Shown: positions 9,802 through 20,290 of the stretch, in pieces | Position numbering within the stretch: position 1 is the stretch's first letter | How the letters are laid out: the number at the start of each line of letters is the position of its first letter | NCBI GenBank assembly: GCA_963754875.1 | Contig: CAVWHO010000015.1 | Span: forward strand, 138,201 to 202,200 | Direction: 5' to 3' | Length of the DNA stretch: 64,000 bases | DNA from: Nitrospirota bacterium | Lineage (GTDB): Bacteria > Nitrospirota > UBA9217 | Notes under the pieces: generated by a model | Database searches by the model: none | Told to the model about the DNA's origin: nothing | Seen by the model: the letters and a program-made list of their open reading frames with translations, nothing else | Program-made: the position numbers and the translations under genes

Positions 9802-11009
9802 AGGAGGGTCCCGTGCAACAGTACATCGGCTTTAAACTGCACACCGGGGAGTTCGGAATCCCGATCACGAAGGTCCGTGAGATCATCAATCTGCCGGAGA
9901 TCACCAGGATACCGCAGTCGCCCCCCTACCTGAACGGCATTACCAATCTCCGCGGGAGCGTCATTCCCGTGGTGGACCTGAAAAAACTGATCAAAGTTCC
10001 GGCAACGGAAGCCGGCGGCACCAAGGTCATCGTTATCGCAAGCGGCAGGATAACGTTCGGCCTCCTGATAGACGGTATTACGGGTGTCATCAGCATCGAT
10101 GAAGGAATGATCGAATCTCCGGAGAACCTCCCCCAGGGACATGTGGACCAGGTCGAAGGCGTCGCAAAGCTCGACGGCAGGCTCATCGTCCTTCTGGACA
10201 TAAAAAAATTGATCCCCCTCGATGACATGAGTCTCCTCGAAGACATGGCAACGGAGGTAAGCGCCGAGGACGAGAACGGCAGTGTCCAGGTGACCCATGC
10301 AATACAGACCATGGCGGGCGAGGTCCGCGTTACGGAGCTTCGAAACGCAAAAACATTTTTTGAGAAGACGAAAGGCATCAGTCCCGACGATCCCCGCAAG
10401 GAAATCCTTGAGGATATCGTGAGCTTCATGACCGCGGTCTCGGAGCATGATTATGAGAAGGCCGACACGGCAATCCAGCAGATCGTACAGCTGGGCCAGG
10501 GAGACCTGTTCAAGGAGGTCGGCAAAATAACGCGAAAACTGCATGACGCAATTAAGGGCTTTAAAGAAGCTGTGGACCCGCGTTTAAAGGGCCTGACCCA
10601 GGCGGAGATCCCGAATGCCGTGGACAAGCTCCAGTTCGTGATCGACAAAACCGAGGAAGCCGCCAACAGGACCATGAGCGTCGTAGAGAAATATATACTG
10701 TCCATGGACGATCTCGCCACCCACCTCCGGAAAGTCCAGGGGCCTCCGGAAACGGTAGCTTTTTTGAAGGAGTTCAAGAACGGCCTTGAAGACGATCTGA
10801 CGGAAATCCTGACGACCCAGTCCTTCCAGGACCTGACCGGCCAGACGATCAAGAAGGTCATCACGCTCGTTCATGATATTGAAAACGAACTCGTTCGTCT
10901 TGTCTCGTCCTTCGGCGTTAAAATCGAGGGGGCAAAAGAACCGGTAGCTGCTGTAGAAAAGGTTTCGCAAAAGGACGTTGATGAGCTGTTGAAGGATCTC
11001 GGCTTTTAG
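9798..11009 (+). CDS. CheW-CheZ fusion protein
   Basis: N-terminal CheW (GITNLRGSVIPVVDL); C-terminal CheZ motifs LQFVIDKTEEAANRT, QSFQDLTGQTIKKV and terminal SQKDVDELLKDLGF. Confidence 0.88.
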   Translation: MKEGPVQQYIGFKLHTGEFGIPITKVREIINLPEITRIPQSPPYLNGITNLRGSVIPVVDLKKLIKVPATEAGGTKVIVIASGRITFGLLIDGITGVISIDEGMIESPENLPQGHVDQVEGVAKLDGRLIVLLDIKKLIPLDDMSLLEDMATEVSAEDENGSVQVTHAIQTMAGEVRVTELRNAKTFFEKTKGISPDDPRKEILEDIVSFMTAVSEHDYEKADTAIQQIVQLGQGDLFKEVGKITRKLHDAIKGFKEAVDPRLKGLTQAEIPNAVDKLQFVIDKTEEAANRTMSVVEKYILSMDDLATHLRKVQGPPETVAFLKEFKNGLEDDLTEILTTQSFQDLTGQTIKKVITLVHDIENELVRLVSSFGVKIEGAKEPVAAVEKVSQKDVDELLKDLGF

Positions 11010-11073
11010 GGAATGCACAGGGGGCGCGACGCAGTCGATGACCCGCCCATCACTTTTTTATCGGGAGGAGAGT

Positions 11074-11481
11074 ATGGCACTCATAGACTGGAATGACAAT
11101 CTCAGCGTCAATATCAAGGAAGTCGACTCGGAACACAAAAAACTCATCGGCATGATCAATGAACTGCACTCAGCTATGGGCGCGGGAAAAGGCAAAGACG
11201 CTTTAGGCAAAGTCCTCGCAGGGCTGGTGGAATATACGAAAACCCATTTTTCCTATGAAGAGAACCTTATGCAGAAGCACAACTACCCCGGCTACGTGAG
11301 CCACAGGGGCTTGCACGATGCTCTCGTCAAGAAGGTCCTCGGTTTCCAAAGTAATTTTCAAGAGGGTAAAAGTCTTGTCACCGTAGAAGTCATGAACTTT
11401 TTGAAGGACTGGCTCACGAACCATATCCAGAACACCGACAGGAAGTACGGACCGTTCTTAAACGGCAAAGGGGTTGTATAG
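11074..11481 (+). CDS. Single-domain bacteriohemerythrin
   Basis: W..D.EHK, HFSYEE, H...H and WLTNHIQNTD iron-ligand pattern; RBS GGAGG. Confidence 0.95.
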   Translation: MALIDWNDNLSVNIKEVDSEHKKLIGMINELHSAMGAGKGKDALGKVLAGLVEYTKTHFSYEENLMQKHNYPGYVSHRGLHDALVKKVLGFQSNFQEGKSLVTVEVMNFLKDWLTNHIQNTDRKYGPFLNGKGVV

Positions 11482-11570
11482 AAAAGGGAAGTTTTTTGCC
11501 CGGCTCAGGAAAAGGGCCGGCCGCGGCGTTGCCCTGATACGCTCACCGCAGAGAAAGTACGGAAACCACC

Positions 11571-12629
11571 ATGACCGTAACAGTGCTCATCGTAGACGAT
11601 TCGGCGTTCATGCGGAACGCGCTTACCACCATGCTCGGGTCTGATCCCGAGATCAAGGTGGTCGGCACGGCGCGGGACGGCGTGGAGGCGGTCGAGAAGA
11701 CGGCGCTGCTCAGGCCGGACATCGTCACCATGGACGTGGAAATGCCGCGCATGGACGGCATCGAGGCGCTCCGGCTCATCATGGACAAGACGCCGGTGCC
11801 CGTGATCATGGTGAGTTCGCTCACCACCGAGGGGGCCCATGTCACCCTCGATGCGCTGGACCACGGGGCCGTGGATTTCATACCCAAAAACCTTTCCGAG
11901 CTTTCGATCAACATCGTGAAGATCAAGGCAATGCTGATTGACAAGGTAAAGCAGATAGCAAAGAGCGGCGTGGCAAGAAGGACGAGGCGAAGCGCGGCGA
12001 CAGCCGCGCGTCCTGTCGACAAGCCCAGGATGTCGTCGATACTTGCTACCGGCGCGAGGCGGGTCAGCATAGTGGCCATCGGCACGTCCACGGGCGGACC
12101 GCGCGCGATCCAGGAGATCATCCCCCGCCTGCCCAAGGACTTTCCGGTTCCCATCGTGATCGCGCAGCACATGCCGCCGAACTTCACCAAACCCTTCGCC
12201 GAGCGCTTGAACCAGCTCTCCCAGATCGCGGTGAAGGAAGCCGAAGAAGGCGAGACGCTCAAGCCTGGCGTCGCGCTTGTGGCGCCGGGTCGGGGCCATA
12301 TGCGCACGTCGCGTCTCCGCGGAATCGAGACGGTGGTGAACATTTCGGAAAACCGCGAGGAATTCATTTACCGGCCTTCCGTCGATTATCTCATGCAGTC
12401 CGTTGCCGAGTGCTTCCCCGGCAGGGCGCTCGGGGTGATCCTGACCGGCATGGGCAGCGACGGCGTCAAAGGTCTTACGGCGCTCAAACAGACCGGCGGC
12501 AGGATCTTTGCTCAGAACGAAGAAACCTGCGTAGTCTACGGCATGCCGCGTGCCGTGGTGGATGCAGGCATTGCGGACAAGGTGCTGGGTATAGAAGAGA
12601 TGGCGGGAGAGATCATCAACGCGGTTTGA
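11571..12629 (+). CDS. cheB: Chemotaxis methylesterase CheB (receiver + esterase)
   Basis: GTSTGGP, AQHMP, RPSVD, LTGMGSDG, VVYGMP. Confidence 0.97.
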   Translation: MTVTVLIVDDSAFMRNALTTMLGSDPEIKVVGTARDGVEAVEKTALLRPDIVTMDVEMPRMDGIEALRLIMDKTPVPVIMVSSLTTEGAHVTLDALDHGAVDFIPKNLSELSINIVKIKAMLIDKVKQIAKSGVARRTRRSAATAARPVDKPRMSSILATGARRVSIVAIGTSTGGPRAIQEIIPRLPKDFPVPIVIAQHMPPNFTKPFAERLNQLSQIAVKEAEEGETLKPGVALVAPGRGHMRTSRLRGIETVVNISENREEFIYRPSVDYLMQSVAECFPGRALGVILTGMGSDGVKGLTALKQTGGRIFAQNEETCVVYGMPRAVVDAGIADKVLGIEEMAGEIINAV

Positions 12630-12702
12630 CCAAGCCTGGCAACGGGGTGCGGGAAAACGAGCCGGATTTTGAAACAGCAATTCATCAGGGGGTATGTGTG
12701 CA

Positions 12703-14298
12703 ATGAAGATAACCTTGTCAAAGAAGCTCTATGGTGCAGTGGGCGTCGTGCTCGTCGCGATGATAGTGATATCAGCCATGTCCTATTTCACCAACCGCAG
12801 CCTGATCAAGGGCTACCAGCAGCTGTCTAATGAGGACGGCGTCCAGATGCAGGTGAGCGTCCATGCCGAGAACGAGCTCGGCCTGTCGGTCCAGGCATTT
12901 AAGGACTACCTGCTCCGGGGAGACGATAAGTATGCAAATGACTTCCGCGAAAACATCGGCAAAATCCGTGATGATATGGCCGTTTTCGAGAAGCTCGTCG
13001 AGTCCGAGGAAGAGCGGACAGTGCTCGGCAATGCGAAAGAAGCTTTCGCAAAGTATGAGAACTCGATCGACAACCTGATAGCGGGAAGGAAAACGAACCA
13101 CGATGCGGCCTATCTCGACAAGAGCGTGCGCGGAGCTGATAAGCCGCTCCGGCTCGCGTTGGAAGAGATGAGCAATGTGGCGGAGCAGGCCTATTCGGAA
13201 AAGAAAGTTATGCTCCAAAAGCATGCCGTACGTAGGGAACTGATAGAAATCGCCATCGCCCTCATCGCAGTCCTCGTGGGCATCGTTCTCAGCACCCTGA
13301 TCATCAAAGGCATCCTGAAGTCCATCCTCCAGGTCACAGCGGCTGCCGAACATGCGGCCAAAGGGGACCTGTCCCACGAGATCACCGTGCACACCACCGA
13401 CGAAATCGGGGAAATGGCCCAGAGCTTCAACCTGATGATCACGAACATCCGGCGCATCATCGGCGAGATCAACGCCGCAACCAGCTCCCTGGCCTCCAGC
13501 TCCGAAGAGCTGTCGGCCACCTCCGACGACATGAGCAAAGGCGTCAACCAGCTTTCGTCCCAGACCGAGCAGGTGGTAACGGCCATGACCGAGGTGTCCC
13601 AGACCATCATGGACATGGCAAAAAACGCCAGCAATGCAGCCGCGGGCAGCAAGAACGCGTCGGAAACGGCAACGAAAGGAAAACGGACCGTCGATACAAC
13701 AGCCGAGGACATGGTCAAGATCGCCCAGACCGTCCAGGAGGCAGCCGGCACCATCGAGGAACTGGGCAAAAGCTCGGCCCAAATCGGCGAGATCGTGGCT
13801 GTGATCAACGGCATAGCGGACCAGACCAACCTGCTGGCGCTGAACGCGGCAATCGAGGCTGCCCGGGCGGGTGAACAGGGCCGGGGGTTCGCCGTTGTTG
13901 CCGACGAGGTGCGTAAGCTGGCCGAGCGGACCGGTCAGGCCACGAAGGACATCGCCCAGCGGATCGAAGCGATCCAGGCGGCAGCGGGAGAATCGGTAGA
14001 TGCCATGAAACGGGGCAGCGACGAAGTGGACAAGGGTGTGGGCCTTGCCAAGGAAGCCAGCGCGGCCCTTGACTCTATCGTGTCCGCCTCGACGAACGCC
14101 ATGGACATGGTCCAGCGCATTGCTGCGGCCACGGAGCAGCAGTCCGCTGCGACCGAAGAAGTGACCCAGAATATGGAGAGCATTTCGGGCATCAGCAGGC
14201 AGTCCTCGGCTTCAACGGAGCAGATAAAGGTATCGGCTGCAGAGCTGGCGAAGCTGGCTACCAGCCTGAAGGAGATGACAACGTTTTTTAAGACGTAA
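12703..14298 (+). CDS. Methyl-accepting chemotaxis protein (helical periplasmic sensor, HAMP)
   Basis: Two TM segments, [41 protein letters not shown]. Confidence 0.96.
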   Translation: MKITLSKKLYGAVGVVLVAMIVISAMSYFTNRSLIKGYQQLSNEDGVQMQVSVHAENELGLSVQAFKDYLLRGDDKYANDFRENIGKIRDDMAVFEKLVESEEERTVLGNAKEAFAKYENSIDNLIAGRKTNHDAAYLDKSVRGADKPLRLALEEMSNVAEQAYSEKKVMLQKHAVRRELIEIAIALIAVLVGIVLSTLIIKGILKSILQVTAAAEHAAKGDLSHEITVHTTDEIGEMAQSFNLMITNIRRIIGEINAATSSLASSSEELSATSDDMSKGVNQLSSQTEQVVTAMTEVSQTIMDMAKNASNAAAGSKNASETATKGKRTVDTTAEDMVKIAQTVQEAAGTIEELGKSSAQIGEIVAVINGIADQTNLLALNAAIEAARAGEQGRGFAVVADEVRKLAERTGQATKDIAQRIEAIQAAAGESVDAMKRGSDEVDKGVGLAKEASAALDSIVSASTNAMDMVQRIAAATEQQSAATEEVTQNMESISGISRQSSASTEQIKVSAAELAKLATSLKEMTTFFKT

Positions 14299-14466
14299 AA
14301 GAACACATAGGAAAAACATGGATGATCGTCTTTTTTACAACGCCGTGAATCGGCGCTTTCATGGGCAGATGGACATTCTTTGATTCGTTGAGCTCTTATG
14401 CTTACAGATTTTTTTCATCAGATCGTGGCGGAACGTCACCTATTACACAAGAAGGAGGAAGTAGAG

Positions 14467-14919
14467 ATGAAGAAAGTGCTGGGAGTGGTACTGATGGTAA
14501 GTTTCTTTATGGTGAGCCTTGGTTTTGCCGGCGATAAAGGCACACCGGCCGAAGCGAAAGCGCTGGTAAAAAAGGCGATCAGCTACATCACGGCGAACGG
14601 CAAGGACAAGGCCTTTGATGCATTCACGAACAAGGATCCGCAGTTCATTGACAGGGACCTTTATATCTTCGTCTACGACATGAACGGCAAGGTCCTGGCC
14701 CACGGCCAGAACCCAAAGATGGTCGGAAAAGATCTGTATGATCTCACTGACCCCGACGGCAAACTGTTTGTCAAGGAAAGAATCGACATAGCAAAAACAA
14801 AGGGCAGCGGCTGGCAGAATTACAAGTTCTCCAACCCGAAAACAAAAAAGATCGAGGAGAAAACCTCGTACATCGAAAAGTATGATGCTTTCATCGTGGG
14901 ATGCGGGGCCTATAAATAG
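14467..14919 (+). CDS. Stand-alone periplasmic single-Cache domain protein
   Basis: Signal peptide; DLYIFVYD, LAHG, DPDGKLF, GSGWQNYKF, K.SY pattern of sCache_2; RBS AAGGAGG. Confidence 0.85.
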   Translation: MKKVLGVVLMVSFFMVSLGFAGDKGTPAEAKALVKKAISYITANGKDKAFDAFTNKDPQFIDRDLYIFVYDMNGKVLAHGQNPKMVGKDLYDLTDPDGKLFVKERIDIAKTKGSGWQNYKFSNPKTKKIEEKTSYIEKYDAFIVGCGAYK

Positions 14920-14926
14920 CCGTCAA

Positions 14927-15034
14927 GCGGCCGGCCGGGCATGCTCCCGGCTGGCCGCCGTCTGAATCCCGACGCGACACTCGCACCTCAGCTGTCATTC
15001 GCAAAAGGACCGCACTGCTGTCCTTTTGCGAATG
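14927..15034. terminator. Two tandem hairpins after the Cache gene (probable terminator/processing sites)
   Basis: 13-bp stem 14927-14939/14946-14958 and perfect 15-bp stem CATTCGCAAAAGGAC/GTCCTTTTGCGAATG at 14996-15034. Confidence 0.55.
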
Positions 15035-15236
15035 GGACTCTGAACCGGACCGGGCAGCACGGATTTTCCAAACGAAGGAGCGTGGTTGGTGATACCGGCA
15101 GTGGACTTCAGGGAAAGGACGGCAGAGTTTAAGATAAACAGCGGCGGGCACGGCAGCGTGTCCGGGAAAATCCGCAGGACCTCGCTCGCTGTAGTTCAGA
15201 GATGACGATATCACCGAAATTGTTGAGGAGGACACT

Positions 15237-15446
15237 ATGAAACAATTGCTGAAAAAACTCAAAAAATTGCTGGCCGGAATGTGGTTCACCAAGAGCAGCG
15301 CGGGAGCAGGAAAGCGCACGATAACCAGGACCAAGACCTATGCACGCCGTTCTCAGCCGGGTGCTGCCAGGGGTGAAGCACCGGCAGCCAAGCCAAAACG
15401 AAAGGCATCTGCACCGGCGAGGCGCCGCAGGCAAGCGAAGGATTAA
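15237..15446 (+). CDS. Small basic hypothetical protein (69 aa)
   Basis: Strong RBS GAGGAGG; K/R/A-rich; directly upstream of cheW. Confidence 0.5.
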   Translation: MKQLLKKLKKLLAGMWFTKSSAGAGKRTITRTKTYARRSQPGAARGEAPAAKPKRKASAPARRRRQAKD

Positions 15447-15499
15447 ACGACCGCGCTCCGGCACGAAGCCGCAGCTTTTTTTCTGGTAAAAAGGAGGTC

Positions 15500-15985
15500 A
15501 TGATCATGCAGACAACCGCGCATACGGAGATGCTCCAGCTTGTCACGTTCAAGCTGGACGGGCAGAAATACGCCGTCGATATCTTGAAAGTACAGGAAAT
15601 CAACAATATGAAGGAAATTACTTCCATACCCAATGCGCCGGCGTACCTGGAGGGAGCCATCAACCTCCGGGGCAAGGTGATCCCGGTCCTCAATCTCCGG
15701 AAGAAATTCGGATTTGAGGAAAACGCCAGCAGCGAGCTTCGCAAGATCGTCATCATGGATGTCCGGGGGGTCATCATGGGCCTGGTCGTTGATGCGGTAT
15801 CGGATGTCTTGAGGATAACCCGTGACGTGGTCGAGCCGCCGCCCCCGGTTTCTTCGAACGTCAGCTCCGAATTCATCGCCGGCATCGCCAAGCTTCCCGA
15901 AGGACTCGTCATCTTGCTGGATATGGACCGGCTCCTCGACGCCGAGGAACACAAGACCGTATTTGGTGAAGCACCCGTCTCGTAA
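15500..15985 (+). CDS. cheW: Chemotaxis coupling protein CheW (second copy)
   Basis: [43 protein letters not shown]. Confidence 0.96.
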   Translation: MIMQTTAHTEMLQLVTFKLDGQKYAVDILKVQEINNMKEITSIPNAPAYLEGAINLRGKVIPVLNLRKKFGFEENASSELRKIVIMDVRGVIMGLVVDAVSDVLRITRDVVEPPPPVSSNVSSEFIAGIAKLPEGLVILLDMDRLLDAEEHKTVFGEAPVS

Positions 15986-16020
15986 GGATGGCAATGTTTC
16001 GCTCAATGGTGGGGGAACTT

Positions 16021-17694
16021 ATGATAAAAAATATGATCTATAATATGAACCTGAAGAAAAAATTGTACATCATTTTCGGCGTCATTATTGTGGCGACCGC
16101 CTTGGGTATTACTATCGGCGTGTCAGCCTTTTCCCGCGTCCAGGTGGGCGGGAAAACCTATAGCGCCATCGAGCGGAACATGCTGATTGCCGATAATATA
16201 GCCAAGCTGCGTGCGAATCTAGCATTCGTACGGACCACTCTCCTGACCATGATTATCGATGATGATGCGGGAAGGCGGGAGTCCTCTCGCCAGGACATAA
16301 ATGGCCTGTCCGTTCGGATCGATGAACTGTTCGACCTTATCGATGGGCAGCTGAAAGCGTCCGATCATCCTGAAGTGGTGGAAAATATAACGGCAGCTCG
16401 TGATGCCTGGACCGCATTCAGGGAAACACGGGACAAGGAGTTAATTCCCGCCATCCTTGGAGGAAAGACCAGCGCGGCGATGGCGCTCGCCCGCGGCGTT
16501 CAGTCGGACCGCTATCTCGTGATGTCGGAAGAGACCAAAAAAGCGGTCGATCGCGTGCGCGCAGAGGTCCCCGAAACGGTGGCCCGAATGAAGGGCGAGT
16601 CGCGTTTGATTCAGGTTTCATTTATTGTCGGGGGCGTGCTCATTGTCCTGTTCTACATCATCGTAGCCTTCTTCTTTTCGAAAACCATCATAATCCCTGT
16701 CGGCCTGGTTTCTGACCGGTCGGCGCAGATGGCGCAGGGCGATTTTTCCCATGCTGCCCTGCATGCACGGGGTAAGGACGAGATCGGCGCCATGATCACG
16801 AACTTTTCGACCATGACATCAAAAGTCGGCGACGCCGCATCGCGACTGAAGATGAGCATCATGAATCTTTCTTCCTCGTCCGAAGAGCTGTCCGCGACGG
16901 CGGAGGACCTTGGCAAGGGCACTGCGCAACAGACGCACCAGGCAAAGGAAGTGGCCGCCGCGACGACCCAGATGTCCCAGACGATTTCCGAAGTGGCCCA
17001 GAACGCCGTCTTGGCGGCAGACGCTGCCAAGAACTCTTCGGAGAACGCTACGACAGGCAAGGAACTCGTAAAAAAGACCGTCGAACGGCTGGCTTCAATC
17101 ACTGAAACGGTCGGGGAAGCCTCGCAGACGATTGAAGAACTTGGCAGAAGTTCGGGACAAATCGGCGAGATCGTGAACCTTATCCATACCATCGCCGACC
17201 AGACAAACCTCCTCGCACTGAACGCGGCAATTGAGGCCGCCCGTGCAGGAGAACAAGGCCGCGGTTTTGCGGTGGTCGCCGATGAAGTGAGAAAGCTGGC
17301 GGACAGAACCACGAGCGCAACCAAGGACATAGAGCAGAAGATCACCACCATCCAGGCGGAAGCGGAAAAATCACTCGTAGCGGTGAAAAAAGGAAACGCC
17401 GAGGTCGAGAAGGGAGTAGGCCTGGCAAAGTCCGCCAGTGAAGCCCTCGACACGATCGTCAAAGCGTCAACCCAGGTCCTGGACATGATCCAGCGCATCG
17501 CGGTGGCCACCGAGGAGCAGTCCGCGACCGCGGAGGAGATCAAAAAAAACATGGGGACCATCTCCGAGGTGACAGACCAATCTTCGGAGTCGACGAACCA
17601 GATCCAGCAGGCCGCCCATACTCTTGCCCAGCTGGCGTTGGAAATCCAGAACAGCACAGCCTGGTTTAAAACGGAAGGCGCTGATCCGAAGTAG
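16021..17694 (+). CDS. Methyl-accepting chemotaxis protein (four-helix-bundle-type sensor)
   Basis: TM-periplasmic-TM-HAMP-MA architecture; conserved hairpin-tip motif. Confidence 0.96.
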   Translation: MIKNMIYNMNLKKKLYIIFGVIIVATALGITIGVSAFSRVQVGGKTYSAIERNMLIADNIAKLRANLAFVRTTLLTMIIDDDAGRRESSRQDINGLSVRIDELFDLIDGQLKASDHPEVVENITAARDAWTAFRETRDKELIPAILGGKTSAAMALARGVQSDRYLVMSEETKKAVDRVRAEVPETVARMKGESRLIQVSFIVGGVLIVLFYIIVAFFFSKTIIIPVGLVSDRSAQMAQGDFSHAALHARGKDEIGAMITNFSTMTSKVGDAASRLKMSIMNLSSSSEELSATAEDLGKGTAQQTHQAKEVAAATTQMSQTISEVAQNAVLAADAAKNSSENATTGKELVKKTVERLASITETVGEASQTIEELGRSSGQIGEIVNLIHTIADQTNLLALNAAIEAARAGEQGRGFAVVADEVRKLADRTTSATKDIEQKITTIQAEAEKSLVAVKKGNAEVEKGVGLAKSASEALDTIVKASTQVLDMIQRIAVATEEQSATAEEIKKNMGTISEVTDQSSESTNQIQQAAHTLAQLALEIQNSTAWFKTEGADPK

Positions 17695-17731
17695 ACAGTC
17701 ATAAGGCGCCGCTGGCCTGAGGAGAAAAGAC

Positions 17732-19288
17732 ATGCATATTAACAGGCTGCTCAAACTGATCGTAATGGTCCTCGCGATAATCGCGATTCTGGGCGCTTTT
17801 TCCGTCTTTCTTCAGCTCAGCGCCATGTCTGCCGACGGGAGAGTGGTAAATTACGCCGGGATCGTCAGGGGTGCGACCCAAAGGCTCGTCAAACTGGAAC
17901 TGGAGGGGCAACGTTCGGATGCCCTGATCAGCAAACTGGATATTATCATGCAGGGACTCTTGACAGGAGACAAGGAGCTTCAGCTGCCTCCTGCAGCCGA
18001 TGAAGTCTTTGTTGCAAAAATGCAGGAAGTAAAACAGGAATGGGAAACCCTTAAGAAGGACATTGCCGCATTCAGGCAAAATCCGGCAACAACGCGTGAG
18101 CAGCTTCTAAAGGCAAGCGAGTCCTATTTTGAATTGACTAATGCGGCAGTATCGTCAGCGGAGGCCGCTTCCAAAGCGAAGACAACAAAACTGCAAACCC
18201 AGCAGATGTGTATTCTACTGTTAACCCTTATTATTCTTGCCGTTGTCTGGACCATCAGCAGCAAGAGAATATCCCGACCCCTCAGGGACCTTGCCGACAA
18301 GCTGGCCCCTCTTGCCGAAGGCGACCTGAGGGTCTCCATCGGGCAGACAAGCGACGATGAGATTGGACGACTATCAAAGGATATGGATAAAGTAATTGGG
18401 TCATTCAATACCATGATTCAAGCCATTCTGGAAATCGTAAGAGATGTCGTGGGCTCCATTGATATCATGCGGGTAAAAATGAAAAGCACCCGCGAGGCGA
18501 CCGCCCTCCAGTTCCAGCAGGTGGGTCTGATATCAGCCGCGGCTGACGGCATGATGGGTACGATCGTGAACGTCAGCGAAAACTCCTCGAGTGCAAACGA
18601 AAGTTCTTTGTCTGCCATGAAGACCGCTCAACAGGGCAAGGAGGTCTCCAATGGGGCCGTACAAACCATACAAAGCGTCCATGCGACCACCCTTGAACTT
18701 TCCGACGCGGTCAGCGGCCTTAATAATAAAGTCTCCGAGATCGGGGAGATTGCGACGGTGATCAAAGGAATCGCCGATCAGACGAACCTTCTGGCCCTCA
18801 ACGCGGCCATCGAAGCAGCCCGCGCAGGCGAACAGGGCCGCGGCTTCGCGGTCGTCGCCGATGAGGTGAGGAAGCTTGCCGAACGCACCATTCAAGCCAC
18901 CGGCGAGATAGATTCGAAAATAGCCGGCGTCCAGGAGAAAACCGAAACGACCACCCGGTCCATGAAAAAAGCCTCGGAAGAAGTGACGAACGCAACCCGA
19001 CAGATCAGCGACGTGGGCAATTCCCTGGCCTCAATAGTCGAGGCGATCAGCAGCTCCCATGCCAAGATAGCAAAGATTTCGGGAGCGGTAAGCGAACATA
19101 CCGTGGGGTCTCTCGACGTATCGGTCAATATTGAAAAGACCCTGAGCGTTTCCCATGACGTTCAGGACATGACCGAATCGATGGTGAAGGAGGTGGACAA
19201 TCTCATCCTCATCGCGGAACGGCTGCGGTCAAAAACCTCCGTCTTCACCATAAAAGGAAGCGCTCCGGGCATGCAACCGGGGCGATAA
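17732..19288 (+). CDS. Methyl-accepting chemotaxis protein with PilJ/NarX-like sensor domain
   Basis: [18 protein letters not shown]-box-like motif after TM1; HAMP; MA domain. Confidence 0.93.
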   Translation: MHINRLLKLIVMVLAIIAILGAFSVFLQLSAMSADGRVVNYAGIVRGATQRLVKLELEGQRSDALISKLDIIMQGLLTGDKELQLPPAADEVFVAKMQEVKQEWETLKKDIAAFRQNPATTREQLLKASESYFELTNAAVSSAEAASKAKTTKLQTQQMCILLLTLIILAVVWTISSKRISRPLRDLADKLAPLAEGDLRVSIGQTSDDEIGRLSKDMDKVIGSFNTMIQAILEIVRDVVGSIDIMRVKMKSTREATALQFQQVGLISAAADGMMGTIVNVSENSSSANESSLSAMKTAQQGKEVSNGAVQTIQSVHATTLELSDAVSGLNNKVSEIGEIATVIKGIADQTNLLALNAAIEAARAGEQGRGFAVVADEVRKLAERTIQATGEIDSKIAGVQEKTETTTRSMKKASEEVTNATRQISDVGNSLASIVEAISSSHAKIAKISGAVSEHTVGSLDVSVNIEKTLSVSHDVQDMTESMVKEVDNLILIAERLRSKTSVFTIKGSAPGMQPGR

Positions 19289-19387
19289 GAACAAGGTCGG
19301 ACAAGTTTATAAGCAGTTGGAGGCAACCTCGAAGGAGGTGATTGGCCTCCTCGATATGATAAAACAGGAATACCGGTAGAAGCATCT

Positions 19388-20290
19388 ATGGAAAACCAGC
19401 GGATAGATACCCCTGAGAACATTAAAAAAGCGGAAGAAATCCTCGGACAGATCGGGCTTCCCCTCCAGCCGAGGGCCGTCATGGATATCCGCAGGGAGAT
19501 GGCAAAACCGGACCCTGACTTTCAAAAGATAGTGCATTCTGTGAGCACGGACGTCGCGCTTTCGGCCGCAACCCTGAAAATCACCAATTCCGCTTTTTTC
19601 GGCGGGATGAAGACCGATTCCATACCTCATGCCCTCCTCCGTCTGGGGCTGAGCAACTTCTATTCCATCGTGTTGACGACAGCGCTGTATAACGCAATGG
19701 GGTGCGGCACAAATCGCGCTCTCGACAAGTTCAGGAGACACTCTTCGTCCGTGGCACTTGTCTGCTCGCATATCACGCATAAGCTTCAGATTGACCTTGA
19801 AGAAGCAGCGTATACGCTCGGCCTTTTCCATGATTGCGGGGTACCTCTTCTTCTGAGGAAATTCCCGGACTATGCGAAAATGGCCGACTATGCGTTACCC
19901 TCTTCGCCTTTGGAGGCGATCCCCGACTACTTCGAATCGGTCGTCGGTCTCGAGACGGATCGCTACAACACGAATCACTGTATCATGGGCTATATCATGG
20001 CTAAGTCATGGGGACTGTCGGATACCGTGCTTTCGGTAATTTTGAACCACCACAACATCAGCATGCGCGCGCTGAAAGACCCCGTCCGAAGAAAGTTGCT
20101 GGGGATTCTGTTCCTCGCAGAGTTTATCTGCCAGTCCTGTGATCCGGACACCTATGCATTCCATCAAAATGCGTCGGAATGGCATGGTGTTCACCACAGG
20201 ACCCTTGCGGTGCTCCGGGTAAATCCCGTTGATATCAGGATACTGGAAGAGGAATCATGCGAGATCATAAAAAACAATGACTGGCTTTGA
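19388..20290 (+). CDS. HDOD domain protein
   Basis: DVALSAATLKITNSAFFG, ALLRLG, GLFHDCG, NHCIMG..MAKSWGL, ILNHH. Confidence 0.92.
   Translation: MENQRIDTPENIKKAEEILGQIGLPLQPRAVMDIRREMAKPDPDFQKIVHSVSTDVALSAATLKITNSAFFGGMKTDSIPHALLRLGLSNFYSIVLTTALYNAMGCGTNRALDKFRRHSSSVALVCSHITHKLQIDLEEAAYTLGLFHDCGVPLLLRKFPDYAKMADYALPSSPLEAIPDYFESVVGLETDRYNTNHCIMGYIMAKSWGLSDTVLSVILNHHNISMRALKDPVRRKLLGILFLAEFICQSCDPDTYAFHQNASEWHGVHHRTLAVLRVNPVDIRILEEESCEIIKNNDWL

Noticed and set aside
11074..11481. Magnetotaxis island suggested by hemerythrin and MCPs
   Set aside because: No mam/mad/mms-like genes recognised in the window.
14920..15500. c-di-GMP (GEMM) riboswitch upstream of chemotaxis genes
   Set aside because: I could not find the GGCAAA..GAAA..GCAAA consensus here or in other intergenic regions by eye; an Rfam scan would be decisive.
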